59,853 nucleotides of DNA, filler included, from 8 parts of 8 records of this genome joined end to end with filler, not necessarily neighbours in it; one strand, 5' to 3'; counted from the whole stretch's first letter, positions 20,684-31,590 are shown. A program made the numbers and translations. Notes: generated by a model from the letters alone, not told the origin.

Positions 20684-21805
20684 TTACCAACCCCAATCTG
20701 GTGAAGGATAATTATTGCTATTTCCTAATCCATAACCTTCAGGGTAATCAATAGGATAATAATCATTACCATCAAAACCAAATCCTCTAAAAGTAACTTT
20801 TGCGGCAAAATTTATTGAAGGTATTGATAAATATGAAGAGGGTTGATAATATGTTGTTTGTCCATAGTGAGTTAATGTAAAATCGATACTTGGTTTTACT
20901 TCTGCACTATAATGAATCCTTATGTCCTCATATGTGGGTAAAGAGCCAATCTGACATTTTATTTCAGTAATTCCATACGTTGTATAGTAATCTTTCCAAC
21001 CAAAGATAGTTTTCTTTTGACCTCTCTGATTAAGCATTACTCTAATGCCATTATTCCATTTCAGCTGGTTTTCATTATAATCAAACCAATCATATAAATA
21101 TTGTTCCACATATAGTTTGTTGTTGATTCTTCTGTTGCTTATATTAGGTTTCATATGCCATACTGCATCCCCTGTTTTTGGGTCATCATTTTCAAAAAGA
21201 TCTATTGTCGAGAAACTGTTACTAAAAGATTTTAATTTAGGTAGCATTATAACAGTCTTCCCATCAATGTTAGAATATATGTCTTTTAATTTTTTTGAAT
21301 CACCATCTGCAATAATAATTTGGTCATACATGGTATATTTGATAATACTTCTACCAACTTTATAAATACCTTTATTATTTAAAACTGGCAAAAAATATCT
21401 GGTGCAATAAGGATAGTCAATTGAACAATCTTCAATATCAGAATTGTTGAAAATTAAATTATCAGAATTTTGTTTTTTAAATTTGAGAAACTCTTCATAG
21501 GAATTTAAACTCTCATATTTTTGAAATAATAAATCGAATTCAGCCCTTGCTGATTTAATACCCATTTTAGTCTCCCAGTTTTGCTTATCAATTACACTCA
21601 TGTGATTTAGCATATGAATTATACTATCAACCTTGTCCATATTTTTAAAAATCAGATATCCATCCTCTACATACACATCAGGCTTAACCACTTCCTGTGG
21701 TTGTACTTCATCCGTTAGCTGACGGACATTTAGTTCATCTTTCTGGCAACCATTAAAAATGGTTAACGCTGTTGCTACCATAGCAAAAACAAATAATTTT
21801 TTCAT
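20684..21805 (-). CDS. Surface lipoprotein, DUF4848-like
   Basis: Lipobox FNGCQKDE, DVYVEDGYLIFKN, VLNNKGIYKVG. Aromatic-rich C-terminal half. Confidence 0.65.
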   Translation of the reverse strand: MKKLFVFAMVATALTIFNGCQKDELNVRQLTDEVQPQEVVKPDVYVEDGYLIFKNMDKVDSIIHMLNHMSVIDKQNWETKMGIKSARAEFDLLFQKYESLNSYEEFLKFKKQNSDNLIFNNSDIEDCSIDYPYCTRYFLPVLNNKGIYKVGRSIIKYTMYDQIIIADGDSKKLKDIYSNIDGKTVIMLPKLKSFSNSFSTIDLFENDDPKTGDAVWHMKPNISNRRINNKLYVEQYLYDWFDYNENQLKWNNGIRVMLNQRGQKKTIFGWKDYYTTYGITEIKCQIGSLPTYEDIRIHYSAEVKPSIDFTLTHYGQTTYYQPSSYLSIPSINFAAKVTFRGFGFDGNDYYPIDYPEGYGLGNSNNYPSPDWGW

Positions 21806-21875
21806 TACGTTTGTAAAGTTTTATGGAGCAGTAAGCTGTAACTTTCTGCTCCCAATTAATAAAACATCATTTGCA

Positions 21876-21975
21876 NNNNNNNNNNNNNNNNNNNNNNNNN
21901 NNNNNNNNNNNNNNNNNNNTTAATTAATTAANNNNNNNNNNNNNNNNNNNNNNNNNNNNNNNNNNNNNNNNNNNN
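21876..21975. other. Artificial contig linker
   Basis: N44-TTAATTAATTAA-N44. Confidence 0.98.
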
Positions 21976-22547
21976 TGGCCGCCGACAAAACCCTCACCTC
22001 GGCCCAGGGTGGACCGTTCGTGACGGCCGGCGATTTCAAGGCCGACGGCAAACCTGCCGATGCGCTTCAGGTCAGCTTGAACAATTTGGACGTCCATTTG
22101 AATCAGCTTGAGGGGTTACAGACAATTCTGCGCAGGTTGCCGTTGACCTCTCCGATGGATTATTTCCATGTGACGAGCAAATATGGCAAACGCAGGGATC
22201 CGTTCAACCGCCGTTGGGCGATGCATTACGGGCTCGATATGGGCGGTGTCTATAAGTCGTCTGTCTATACGACGGCACCGGGCGTTGTTACGTATGTCGG
22301 CTGGAAGGGTAACTACGGCCGGTTGGTCGAGATCGACCACGGGGCGGGGGTCAAGACCCGGTACGGTCACCTTGCCAAGACCCTGGTGAAGAAGGGTCAG
22401 AAATTGAAATTCCGAGAGAAGATCGGCCTTCTTGGAAATTCAGGCCGGAGCACCGGCGCCCATCTGCATTACGAGGTTTCGTTCAAGGGTAGGCCGAAAG
22501 ATCCCATGAAATTCATCAAGGCAGGTCGCCATGTTTTCCAAGAATAA
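21976..22547 (+). CDS. M23 family endopeptidase (5'-truncated)
   Basis: HYGLD (HxxxD), YGHL, GRSTGAHLHYEV (HxH). Confidence 0.9.
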
Positions 22548-23007
22548 GAGAGACCTGGACAACGGCATGGCTACGCCCAATGCAAAGCCGGCCGTTCCGT
22601 CCATCATCAGCACAGATATGAAAATCGTCGGCGATATCATCAGCGACGGAGAAGTCCAAGTGGACGGCGCCGTCGAGGGCGATATCAAAAGCAAAGTCCT
22701 TTTGGTCGGCGAACCGGCCAGCATAAAAGGTGAGATCATTGTCGATACCATCGAAGTGTTCGGCACCATCAATGGTCAGATCAAGGCGGAATCCGTTACC
22801 CTAGCCAAAACGGCGCATGTGGTTGGCGATATCCTCCATGAAAATCTGGCTATTGAAAAAGGGGCTTTCCTCGAAGGTCATTGCAAACGCATGCCCGAAC
22901 GCAAGGATCCGGGTATAAGCCTGGTGCGGCAAAGTGGCAGCGGCGACCTTTCGCCGGAAAAGGCAAAACCCGGCGAAGACAGCGATAAGCAGGCCAAGAC
23001 GACTTAG
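22531..23007 (+). CDS. Bactofilin (polymer-forming cytoskeletal protein)
   Basis: MFSK N-terminus, SIISTDMKIVGDI...VDGAVEGDI...IEKGAFLEG beta-helix repeats. Overlaps the M23 gene. Confidence 0.92.
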   Translation: MFSKNKRDLDNGMATPNAKPAVPSIISTDMKIVGDIISDGEVQVDGAVEGDIKSKVLLVGEPASIKGEIIVDTIEVFGTINGQIKAESVTLAKTAHVVGDILHENLAIEKGAFLEGHCKRMPERKDPGISLVRQSGSGDLSPEKAKPGEDSDKQAKTT

Positions 23008-23057
23008 GCCTGAAACGGATTGAATTCAGCCAGATACGAGTGGCGGGCGGTTTCCGG

Positions 23058-23954
23058 TTAAACCGCCCCTGTGGCCGGCTCGGGTTTTCCGAGATTTCCG
23101 AGAAACTTTTCGATTTCCTGAACCAATTCGGGTTTGGCCAAGTTTGGCGCGTGGCCCACTTCCGGCACGCTGACGGAGGCGATGCCGGAAAGGCCTGATT
23201 GCATGTGTTCGAAGGTTTCGGCGCTCAGCATTTTGGATTGTTCTCCGCGAAAGGCCAGGATGGGAACCCGGGCAAGGGCGCAAAAAAGCGGCCATAAATC
23301 CTGTTCCTGGCGACGCAATTCGGCCAGGGCTTTGCCGATTGCCGGATCCCAATTGGTAACGAGAGCTCCATCCACGGCACGGAAGGTGTTTTCGGTGAGC
23401 GTTCGCCACTCGTCATCGCTTTGCGCCGGCATGTCGGGAAACGACTTTTTCATGTAGCTGATGGCCTGATCCAAATCGGAATAACGCCGATATTTCCCGA
23501 TATGGGCCGTCACGAGATCCAGCGCTCCGCCGCCTATCTCGGGACCGATGTCGTTGAGAACGGCTCCGGCAAGAACGGATGGTGCCGCCACGGCGATGGC
23601 GGCTGCCAGTAGGCCACCGAACGAAGTGCCGACGATGACGACGTTGTGCAGGTTCAAAGCCGCCAACAAGGCACGAATATCGCCGATCCAGGCTTGCGGC
23701 GAGTAGGCATGCCGGTTGCTGCCGTATTGCGACCGTCCGACACCGCGATAGTCCGGGCAGATCACAAGGTGACGGTGCGAAAGGACGGTTGCCAGTTGAT
23801 GATAGTCCCGGCAATTTCGTGACATTCCGGCAAGGCAGAGTACGCTTGGATTGGTCCGGGCGCGTCCGCCGTATCGGCGGTAATAGAGCCGCGTTCCGTC
23901 AAAGGAAGTCAGGAAATGTTCGGTGAAACCGGCGTCGATTGCTTCCCCGGGCAT
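23058..23954 (-). CDS. Alpha/beta hydrolase
   Basis: PDYRGVGRS, GTSFGG nucleophile elbow, LNDIGP, GHAP. Confidence 0.88.
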   Translation of the reverse strand: MPGEAIDAGFTEHFLTSFDGTRLYYRRYGGRARTNPSVLCLAGMSRNCRDYHQLATVLSHRHLVICPDYRGVGRSQYGSNRHAYSPQAWIGDIRALLAALNLHNVVIVGTSFGGLLAAAIAVAAPSVLAGAVLNDIGPEIGGGALDLVTAHIGKYRRYSDLDQAISYMKKSFPDMPAQSDDEWRTLTENTFRAVDGALVTNWDPAIGKALAELRRQEQDLWPLFCALARVPILAFRGEQSKMLSAETFEHMQSGLSGIASVSVPEVGHAPNLAKPELVQEIEKFLGNLGKPEPATGAV

Positions 23955-23981
23955 CGGTGTATGCCGCCCCCGGTTCTCCTC

Positions 23982-24671
23982 CTAAAGGCCGAGAATCGCC
24001 GGGAGTTCCTTCAAACTTGTGATGGTAAACTCGGGCTTTCCCGGAAGGCTTTCAGGATCATCGCCGTTTCGGTTGACCCAAACGGTCCGAAATCCGAATT
24101 TAGCTGCCGCCGCCGCATCCCATGCATTGGAGGCGAGAAACAGGATGCGTTCGGCCGGTACCTTCAAGCGGTCAACGCCGATTTGATAGGCGTCCGGATG
24201 CGGTTTGAAGATTTTTGCCGCGTCGACCGATATGACCTGGTTCAGAAGCTCGTTGATGTCGGCATAACGGACGGCTGCGGTCAACATGGTCGTGGATCCA
24301 TTCGATAGAATGGCTGTTTTCATTCCGGCGTCCTTCAGGCCACCGAGAACGTCCCTGACGTCCGGAAAGACATCGAGCCTCAACCACAATTCCATCAAAC
24401 GTGAACGCAGGATGTCTCCGCGAATGCCCAGGTGCGCCATCGCCGAATCCAGACTGTTTCCGGTGACGTGCCAGAAGTCGGTATACTCGCCCATAAGGCT
24501 GCGAATCCAGGCATAGGCGACTTGTTTCGAGCGCCAGACGGAGACCAGCGGCGCAACCTTGTTTCCAAGCGATTCACCGCATCGCGCCACAGCCGAGCCG
24601 ACGTCGAAAAGCGTGCCGTAGGCATCGAACACACAGACGTCGATATTGGTTAAAGGTCGGGTTTCCGGCAT
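23982..24671 (-). CDS. Haloacid dehalogenase type II
   Basis: FDAYGTLFDV, WRSKQ, ILSNG, FKPHP, SNAWD. Confidence 0.9.
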   Translation of the reverse strand: MPETRPLTNIDVCVFDAYGTLFDVGSAVARCGESLGNKVAPLVSVWRSKQVAYAWIRSLMGEYTDFWHVTGNSLDSAMAHLGIRGDILRSRLMELWLRLDVFPDVRDVLGGLKDAGMKTAILSNGSTTMLTAAVRYADINELLNQVISVDAAKIFKPHPDAYQIGVDRLKVPAERILFLASNAWDAAAAAKFGFRTVWVNRNGDDPESLPGKPEFTITSLKELPAILGL

Positions 24672-24780
24672 TCTTTGACCCCGTCTTGTAGACAACCTGA
24701 AAATTTCCGCACCGTTATGCGCTCTCCGTAAAGAGCGGTCAACCTCGGTGAAATCCCTACACGTTTGAATCCGCGCGGCG

Positions 24781-26856
24781 CTACCTTTCCAGGTCCTTGT
24801 CCAATGCCAGCGCCACCTGGGCGCCGTTCACACGGGTACGGTAGACCTGGAGGTTTTCCATGACCCTTTGGATATAGTTCCTGGTTTCCTTGAATGGAAC
24901 GGATTCTATCCAATCAATGACATCGACCGACGGATTTCGCGGATCGCCGAATTCGCGGATCCACCTACGGGCCCGGGCCGGGCCGGCATTGTAGGCGGCG
25001 AGGGCGAGCACGTAGGATCCATCGAAATTGTCGACCATTCCGGATAAATAGGCCTGTCCCAGACGCAGGTTGAAATCGGGATCGCGGACCAGGCGGTCCT
25101 TCGAATATTTCAGGCCCATATCCTTGGCCTGGCGTTTCGCGGTTGCCGGCATCAGCTGCATAAGGCCGCGGGCGCCGGCCGAACTGATGGCACCCTTCCA
25201 GAAGGCGCTTTCCTGTCGGATGACGGCAAGCGCCAATGGCGCTTCGATTGCCGCAACGCCTTTGGTTGGTTCCGGCAAGTGGACGGTCGGATACCCGGCC
25301 TTGAGTAACATGTGACCGCTTCGCGCGGCTTGTTTGGCCATTCTGATGGCCAGATCCGGTCGTCCGGCAACCGCGGCGAGACCGGCCGTCATTGCCTGCC
25401 AACCGGAGGTATCCGATATGTCGGCTATGGCCGATACGAAGGGCCGCAGATGTTTTTCGGCTTTCGCTTGATGAAGGATCCGGACCGCCCGGACGAGTTC
25501 GTGCTTGGCGAATACGGCAAGTTCCTGTTCGGTCGGTTGTGGGTCCTTGGGCATTTTGACCCCGGCATCCGGACTGGCGCGCAATGCCGCCAGTTGGCCG
25601 TAATAGGTTGTCGTCAATCGCCCGGCAATGCCGTACCAAAGCTTGGCCAGACGGGGAATTTTCATGGCTTCGGCGGCCCGGCCGCTCCAATAGGCGCCGC
25701 GAGCCCGGCTGATTGGGTATTTGACGGCCTGGTACATGGCGACAAAATGGTCCAGGGCGACCGAATGGTCTTCAAGAAACCGAAGCGCGATCCATCCGGC
25801 CAGCCATTCGGCATCGGCGAGACTGGCGGCTCCGTCCTCTTCGGCTTTCATGCCGTGGTTTTTGGCGATTTCGTAGGCTTCGCTGATCAAACCGTCTTCA
25901 AGGGCGGATCGCGCCAGGATCGCCCGCTCGATCCACCATTTCTCCGGTCGGACAGGATCCGGCGGTGCATCCTGCAGCAGTTCACGCGCCGATTCATGGC
26001 GACCCTTGCGCCGGCGCCAACGCAATCTTTCATAAATCAGGCCGGTATGATCTTTCAGTTGTGGCGGGATTTTTTCGATGGCTTTGTCGACACCGCCGAT
26101 ACGCCGCATCAACATTAACCGGGCTTCTCCGAGCGCCCGTGAGCCGGCATCCACTTTCCACAACATGCGCCGGGCCGGCCAATAGCGTTCGTCCCAAATC
26201 AGGCGTTCGAGGCGCGCCCGGTGGTCGTCGCGGGAAAGAAACTTGCGGTATCGCTTGTAAAAAACGCGTTCCTGCGCCTTCGTGAAATCGCCGTTGATCC
26301 AGATATCGCGAACCGCTGCCCGGCCATCGATTTCCTGATCCTTGGCCAATAGGGCGGCGGCATGGCGGATACGGCCTTCAGTGCTGATCGGCGGATGTTT
26401 TTCGAACCAGGCGAGCACTTCCTGAGCGTCCATGCTGACAGGCAGCTTTGCCTCGGCCCGCTCGTGCAGTTGTCGGGTTTGCGGCCATTCCGGGTTTTCG
26501 GCCATAAACCGGGCGATGCTGTCGAACCCGGCTTTGCTGTCCGGGCGCACCAGATCGAGCCAAGCGACGATTTTTCCGACCAATGGGTCGGTTGCTTTGG
26601 CCGCCTGCCGACGCGCCGATTTCCACTGTTTCTTGTCGATCGCCTTGAATATGGCGGCGGTTGTTTTTGCGTCTTCCGGCGAAAGCGGCGCGGCGGGTGC
26701 CGAAGGTGCAGAGACGAGAAGCAGACACAACAGGAATACGCCGACCAGCGCCGGGGCGTGGCCACGATACCATCCTCCGGTCGCAACCCGGTCCTCTTGC
26801 CACGGTGCCTGCGTTCGCATGGGCCAGACTGTACGCACCATTGTCAATTGTCTCAA
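24781..26856 (-). CDS. Soluble lytic murein transglycosylase (Slt70-like); start uncertain
   Basis: [36 protein letters not shown]. Confidence 0.92.
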   Translation of the reverse strand: MRQLTMVRTVWPMRTQAPWQEDRVATGGWYRGHAPALVGVFLLCLLLVSAPSAPAAPLSPEDAKTTAAIFKAIDKKQWKSARRQAAKATDPLVGKIVAWLDLVRPDSKAGFDSIARFMAENPEWPQTRQLHERAEAKLPVSMDAQEVLAWFEKHPPISTEGRIRHAAALLAKDQEIDGRAAVRDIWINGDFTKAQERVFYKRYRKFLSRDDHRARLERLIWDERYWPARRMLWKVDAGSRALGEARLMLMRRIGGVDKAIEKIPPQLKDHTGLIYERLRWRRRKGRHESARELLQDAPPDPVRPEKWWIERAILARSALEDGLISEAYEIAKNHGMKAEEDGAASLADAEWLAGWIALRFLEDHSVALDHFVAMYQAVKYPISRARGAYWSGRAAEAMKIPRLAKLWYGIAGRLTTTYYGQLAALRASPDAGVKMPKDPQPTEQELAVFAKHELVRAVRILHQAKAEKHLRPFVSAIADISDTSGWQAMTAGLAAVAGRPDLAIRMAKQAARSGHMLLKAGYPTVHLPEPTKGVAAIEAPLALAVIRQESAFWKGAISSAGARGLMQLMPATAKRQAKDMGLKYSKDRLVRDPDFNLRLGQAYLSGMVDNFDGSYVLALAAYNAGPARARRWIREFGDPRNPSVDVIDWIESVPFKETRNYIQRVMENLQVYRTRVNGAQVALALDKDLER

Positions 26857-26960
26857 GCCGGGAAAACGCTTTCCGACCCGTCGGCATCGCTTGCCGGTCC
26901 GGATCGGACAGTTTATGTTCGCGCGAAACCTGGCAACGAACGATTAACGGAGTAAATGAA

Positions 26961-27833
26961 ATGTTCAGGGGTTCAATGCCCGCTCTGATCACGCCTTTCA
27001 AGGATGGCGCGGTGGACGAGCCGGCGTTCCGAGATTTCGTGGAATGGCAGATTCAGGAAGGGTCGGAAGGTCTGGTTCCGTGCGGAACCACAGGCGAATC
27101 GCCGACTCTCAGCCACGACGAACACATGCGGGTGACCGAAATGTGCATCGAAGTGGCCAACGGACGGGTGCCGGTCATAGCCGGAGCCGGGTCCAATTCG
27201 ACCCGCGAGGCCATCGGCCTGGCAAAACACGCCAAAGCGGCGGGTGCCGATGCGGTATTGGTGGTGACACCCTACTACAACAAACCGACACAGGAAGGGC
27301 TGTACCAGCACTACAAAGCCATTCACGACGCGGCCGAGATCCCGATCATCATCTACAATATTCCGGGACGGTCGATCGTCGACATGACGGTCGAAACCAT
27401 GGCCCGATTGGCGAAAATGCCAAATATCGTCGGCGTCAAGGATGCGACCAACGACTTGGCGCGGCCCATGCGCACGCGATTGGCCTGCGGTACCGATTTC
27501 TGCATTCTTTCCGGCGAGGACGGCACCGCCGTGCCGTTGCTGGCCGGCGGCGGTCACGGCTGCATTTCGGTCACCGCCAACATTGCCCCGCGTCTGTGTT
27601 CCGACATACAGAAGGCGTGGCGCGCCGGTGACATGAAAACGGTGATGGAACTGCAGGATAAATTGATGCCGTTGCACACCGGGCTTTTTTGCGAAACCAG
27701 CCCCGGGCCGGTGAAATATGCCGCCAGCCTGCTCGGCAAATGCACGGCAGACGCCAGGCTTCCCATCTGCGAGATTGCCGATTCCAGCAAGGAAACGGTG
27801 AAAAAGGCGATGGTCGGCGCCGGACTTCTGTAG
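26961..27833 (+). CDS. dapA: 4-hydroxy-tetrahydrodipicolinate synthase
   Basis: [34 protein letters not shown]. Confidence 0.97.
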   Translation: MFRGSMPALITPFKDGAVDEPAFRDFVEWQIQEGSEGLVPCGTTGESPTLSHDEHMRVTEMCIEVANGRVPVIAGAGSNSTREAIGLAKHAKAAGADAVLVVTPYYNKPTQEGLYQHYKAIHDAAEIPIIIYNIPGRSIVDMTVETMARLAKMPNIVGVKDATNDLARPMRTRLACGTDFCILSGEDGTAVPLLAGGGHGCISVTANIAPRLCSDIQKAWRAGDMKTVMELQDKLMPLHTGLFCETSPGPVKYAASLLGKCTADARLPICEIADSSKETVKKAMVGAGLL

Positions 27834-27858
27834 CCGGCGACGGCCGCGATCCAACGCG

Positions 27859-28338
27859 ATGGCGCAAAAGAAGAAAAAAAAGGAACCCGGAAATGTCGTG
27901 GCGCGCAATCGCAAGGCGCGCCACGATTATTTCATTGAGGACAGCTTCGAGGCCGGAATCATGCTTTCCGGAACCGAGGTGAAATCCCTGCGCCTGGGGC
28001 GAGGCAGCATCAACGAGGCCTATGCCGGCGAGAAGGATGGGGCACTTTGCCTGTTCAACGCCTTCATTCCGGAATACGAATCGGCCAGCAAATTCAATCA
28101 TGTGCCCCGGCGGCACCGCAAGCTGCTCATGCACAAACGGGAAATTGCCCGTCTTCTCGGTGCCGTTCAACGCGACGGCATGACGCTGGTACCTCTGAGC
28201 GTCTATTTCAACGATCGCGGCATCGCCAAGGTGGAATTGGGCCTGGCCCGCGGCAAGCACCATTACGACAAGCGCGCCAGTATCAAGGAACGAGACTGGA
28301 AGCGCGACAAGGCCCGATTGTTGCGTGAGAAAGGTTGA
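27859..28338 (+). CDS. smpB: SsrA-binding protein
   Basis: [34 protein letters not shown]. Confidence 0.97.
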   Translation: MAQKKKKKEPGNVVARNRKARHDYFIEDSFEAGIMLSGTEVKSLRLGRGSINEAYAGEKDGALCLFNAFIPEYESASKFNHVPRRHRKLLMHKREIARLLGAVQRDGMTLVPLSVYFNDRGIAKVELGLARGKHHYDKRASIKERDWKRDKARLLREKG

Positions 28339-28395
28339 GGCGAACGAAGCGCGACCGAGTCCGACATGCCGTTGTCGTCGAAGCCGGAGTATCCG

Positions 28396-28608
28396 ATGTC
28401 CGATCAAAATGATTCGCGTATTGTCGACCTGGAAAGTCGCCTCGCCCATCACGAACGAATGGTTGAGGATCTGTCGTCGGTCATGGCCGGGCAGGGCCAA
28501 GTCATCGACAAACTGGCCCATCAGGTCCGGCGCCTGAGCGAACGCATCGAGGATATTGAAAACGCCTTGCGTTCGATTCAGGGCGATCGGCCACCGCCGC
28601 ACTATTGA
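28396..28608 (+). CDS. slyX: SlyX family protein
   Basis: RIVDLESRLAHHE...coiled coil...PPPHY C-terminus. Confidence 0.85.
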   Translation: MSDQNDSRIVDLESRLAHHERMVEDLSSVMAGQGQVIDKLAHQVRRLSERIEDIENALRSIQGDRPPPHY

Positions 28609-28617
28609 GTGCCGCAA

Positions 28618-28902
28618 ATGGCGAGTTCGAACGAGTCTTCAACGGCGGTTCCGGACTATTTTGTTTATGTCCTGCGCAATGGTGCCGGCGTCACCTACAC
28701 CGGCATTGCCAAGGACGTGGAGGCCCGTCTTGCCAAGCACAACGCGAATAAAGGGGCCCGTTTTACCCGCGGACGCGGGCCGTGGACAGCGGCCCATGTG
28801 GAGGGGCCTTTATTACGAGGGGATGCCCTGCGCCGCGAACGGACTCTGAAAACCGACCGCCGGTTCAAGGCCGCGCTAAAGGCGAAATTCGTGGAAGATT
28901 GA
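28618..28902 (+). CDS. Small GIY-YIG nuclease (UPF0213/YhbQ-like)
   Basis: FVYVL...TYTGI.KDVEARLAKHN..KGARFTRGRGP...ALRRE. Confidence 0.85.
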   Translation: MASSNESSTAVPDYFVYVLRNGAGVTYTGIAKDVEARLAKHNANKGARFTRGRGPWTAAHVEGPLLRGDALRRERTLKTDRRFKAALKAKFVED

Positions 28903-28936
28903 TCCGACCAATATCCCTCACACGAATTCTGTGTTG

Positions 28937-30196
28937 CTATGCCGATGAGCCCGACAAGCGGCGATAAGCCATCCGTGACATCAGCGCACCGGCGGCACCG
29001 ATCAGCGAGACCACCGTCAATAATCCGAATGTGGCGGTGTAGCTTCCGATCAATCCGTGAATGCCCGATAACGTCGCCGGGCCGAATGCGACGCCGGCAA
29101 AGGTGATTGCCAGGGATGTCCCGGTGATGGGGCCGATCTGGGCGATCGGGGCCAAACGGGCGAGTTCCGCCAAATAGACTCCGTTCCAGCCGATGGCTGC
29201 CATGCCGAAAACGATAAATAGAACCTGAATTCCCAAAATCGGCCAATCGGGACCGACCAGCGTCGAGACCGCCGCCGCAACCGCCGCAATGAGGCCGATG
29301 ACGGCCAGGGTTCCGGGGCCGTTGCCGACGCGATCGGCGACCCAACCCCACATCAAGCGGCCGAAGACGCTGGCAAGCTGGACGATGGAGAGGACCAGCC
29401 CAGCTTCGATCAGAGTCATGTGGACGTCTTCGACCAGCAACGTCACCAAAAAGGCGACCAGGCTGAGCTGGGTCACCGTGAAGAAAAAGGATGCCGAGAC
29501 CAGCCAGCGGATCGGTCGATTGGCCCAGATAACGTTGAGGCCGCTCTTGAGGCCGCCGGCAAGTTTCCATTTCGGGTCGCGGTCATCGTCCCAGCGCCTT
29601 CTGTTTACCTGCAGCACGACCAACAGCATGATCAAGGTTGCCCCGACGACGACGGGAACGGCACGCCATCCGGCATAGATCGTTATTGCGGGTGCAATCA
29701 ATCCGGCCAGCGCACCGCCCAGGGGAACTCCGGTCTGTTTGATGGAAAAGATCAAATTGCGCCGCTTTTTTCCGGCGAATCGGGTCAACAGATGGGATGC
29801 CGACGGATTTGTCAGCGCATAACCGATGCCGATCAGGATCGATGCTACGGCGATGCTGACCAGACTTGGAATTGTTGCGATGGCGCAACCGGCGAGACCA
29901 AGCAGCAGGCTCGCCTGGCTAGCCCGGCAAGCACCCCAGCGCCGGACCAGCCCTCCGGCAATTGGCGAAAACAGGCTGGCACTGCCGAAGACGATGCTGA
30001 CCTGGAACCCGATCTGTGATGCCGGAACGTCAATGGCTTTGGCAACCGCCGGTGCGATTGCCGACAGCATCAAAACGGCCAGGGACGTGGTTGCCTGAAC
30101 CGACGTTGTTCCGGCCACGACAAACAATGGATTGACGTTGGAAGGGTTTTGGTTTTCGGATGGGTTTTTCGGCGGCGTTTTATTTTCGTTCAGCAT
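28937..30196 (-). CDS. MFS transporter
   Basis: About 12 hydrophobic segments, GGLVRRWG and GWVADRVG motif-A-like loops, SIKQTGVPLGG. Confidence 0.88.
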   Translation of the reverse strand: MLNENKTPPKNPSENQNPSNVNPLFVVAGTTSVQATTSLAVLMLSAIAPAVAKAIDVPASQIGFQVSIVFGSASLFSPIAGGLVRRWGACRASQASLLLGLAGCAIATIPSLVSIAVASILIGIGYALTNPSASHLLTRFAGKKRRNLIFSIKQTGVPLGGALAGLIAPAITIYAGWRAVPVVVGATLIMLLVVLQVNRRRWDDDRDPKWKLAGGLKSGLNVIWANRPIRWLVSASFFFTVTQLSLVAFLVTLLVEDVHMTLIEAGLVLSIVQLASVFGRLMWGWVADRVGNGPGTLAVIGLIAAVAAAVSTLVGPDWPILGIQVLFIVFGMAAIGWNGVYLAELARLAPIAQIGPITGTSLAITFAGVAFGPATLSGIHGLIGSYTATFGLLTVVSLIGAAGALMSRMAYRRLSGSSA

Positions 30197-30882
30197 GGAT
30201 ATCCTGGCGCGTTTCCCGCGAGGCCATTGAACAGGCCAAGCATTTTTTCGCGCCAAGCATATACTGCGTCGTCCGGTTCGAGCAGCCTGAATTCGCTGAT
30301 CGCTCGCGCCCACTGGAAACCGCCGAACACGATGTGATCGGCATAGCCGGGAAAATCGCCGGAAATAAAGGGCTGATCTTTCAGCGTTGCACGCAGGGGG
30401 GCCAGACTGGCCCGGAAATCGGTCACACGGTCTTCTCGTCCGGCCTGCACCTCTTCGAGCGTCCGCCCGAGGTGTCTTTCGCGGCTCGATCGGAAATAAT
30501 CTTGGTCGGCCGGATCGAGATGAAGAAATATGTCGTGGATGATCAGCGGAGAAATGCCGGGAAGCTGGACCCGGTCTGCCCATTGGTTGATGAACCGGCA
30601 TATGCCGGTGGCTTGGCCGTTGCCGAACATCGGGGCCGCATCGGGATAGGCGCGTTCGAGATAACACGCGATCGCCCAACTGTCGAAAACCGTTACGCCG
30701 TTGTCGATCAGCACCGGAACCCGGTCCTGGCCGCTGAACGCGAGAAGAGGCTTGTCCGAGAACCGGATGGGAACGGTCTCGGCTTCCAGGCCCTTGTTCG
30801 CCAAGGCCATCCGGATTCGCCAGCAATAGGGACTGAACGTGCGCCCGTCGGCACCGGTCAATTCGTAAAATTTTCGAGCCAT
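30190..30882 (-). CDS. Glutathione S-transferase, beta-etherase (LigE)-like family
   Basis: FSPYCWRIRMALANKGL, VPVL.D, DSWAIACYLE, PGYADHIVFG.FQWAR. Confidence 0.8.
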   Translation of the reverse strand: MARKFYELTGADGRTFSPYCWRIRMALANKGLEAETVPIRFSDKPLLAFSGQDRVPVLIDNGVTVFDSWAIACYLERAYPDAAPMFGNGQATGICRFINQWADRVQLPGISPLIIHDIFLHLDPADQDYFRSSRERHLGRTLEEVQAGREDRVTDFRASLAPLRATLKDQPFISGDFPGYADHIVFGGFQWARAISEFRLLEPDDAVYAWREKMLGLFNGLAGNAPGYPC

Positions 30883-30897
30883 CGATGCGTGGCCCCG

Positions 30898-31590
30898 TCA
30901 GCGACGCTGATATTGGGTGCTGCCGAACAGCGTTTCCTTGGTTTTATCGTCCATTGGGGCGGTCGATTGGTGTTCCTTTAAAAGTTCCACACCCTTTTGA
31001 ACCGCCGGCCGGTTGGCGATGGCATCGAACCAGCGCTTCAGATTGGGGAAGTCGTCGATATTCTGGCCCTGGCGCTCGGGACGTCTGAGCCATGGGAAGG
31101 TGGCCATGTCGGCGATGGAATAATCCCCTGCCAAGTATTCGGATTCGCCGAGGCGGCGGTCGATGACGCCGTACAGGCGTCCCGCTTCATTGGTATAGCG
31201 GTCGACGGCATAGGGGATCGGTTCCGGTGCGTAGTGCCGGAAATGATGGGTCTGTCCGAGCATCGGCCCGACACCGCCCATCTGGAACATCAGCCATTGA
31301 ATGACCTGATAGCGTTCGGCCATATCCCGGGGCATGAAGCTGCCGGTTTTATCGGCTAGATACATCAGGATCGCGCCCGATTCGAACAGCGAATAGGGTT
31401 TGCCGCCGGGGCCGTCCGGATCGACGATGGCGGGCATTTTGTTGTTCGGGCTGATGCGCAGGAAATCGGCTTCGAACTGGTCGCCTTTGCCGATGTCGAT
31501 CGGGATTACATTGTACGCGAGGCCGACCTCTTCGAGCATGATGGAGACCTTGAAGCCGTTCGGCGTCGGCCAGGTGTAGAACTGGATCAT
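30898..31590 (-). CDS. Nu-class glutathione S-transferase (YfcG/YghU-like)
   Basis: WPTPNGFKV, SPNNKMPAI, FESGAIL, WLMFQMGGVGPMLGQ, YSIADMATFPW. Confidence 0.9.
   Translation of the reverse strand: MIQFYTWPTPNGFKVSIMLEEVGLAYNVIPIDIGKGDQFEADFLRISPNNKMPAIVDPDGPGGKPYSLFESGAILMYLADKTGSFMPRDMAERYQVIQWLMFQMGGVGPMLGQTHHFRHYAPEPIPYAVDRYTNEAGRLYGVIDRRLGESEYLAGDYSIADMATFPWLRRPERQGQNIDDFPNLKRWFDAIANRPAVQKGVELLKEHQSTAPMDDKTKETLFGSTQYQRR

Noticed and set aside
27859-28400. Possible tmRNA (ssrA) next to smpB
   Set aside because: The flanking intergenic gaps are under 60 nt and show no tRNA-like ends.
26973-28617. Long antisense ORFs (313 and 348 aa) opposite dapA/smpB, and similar shadow ORFs throughout the GC-rich contigs
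   Set aside because: They overlap well-supported genes, have no recognisable motifs, and are expected from stop-codon scarcity in high-GC codon-biased DNA.
28937-30826. 629-aa ORF suggesting an MFS with a large N-terminal domain (likewise the 587-aa ORF at 47448-49211)
   Set aside because: The N-terminal extensions are alternate-frame read-through of the upstream GST or hpnA genes. The real starts are at 30196 and 48210.
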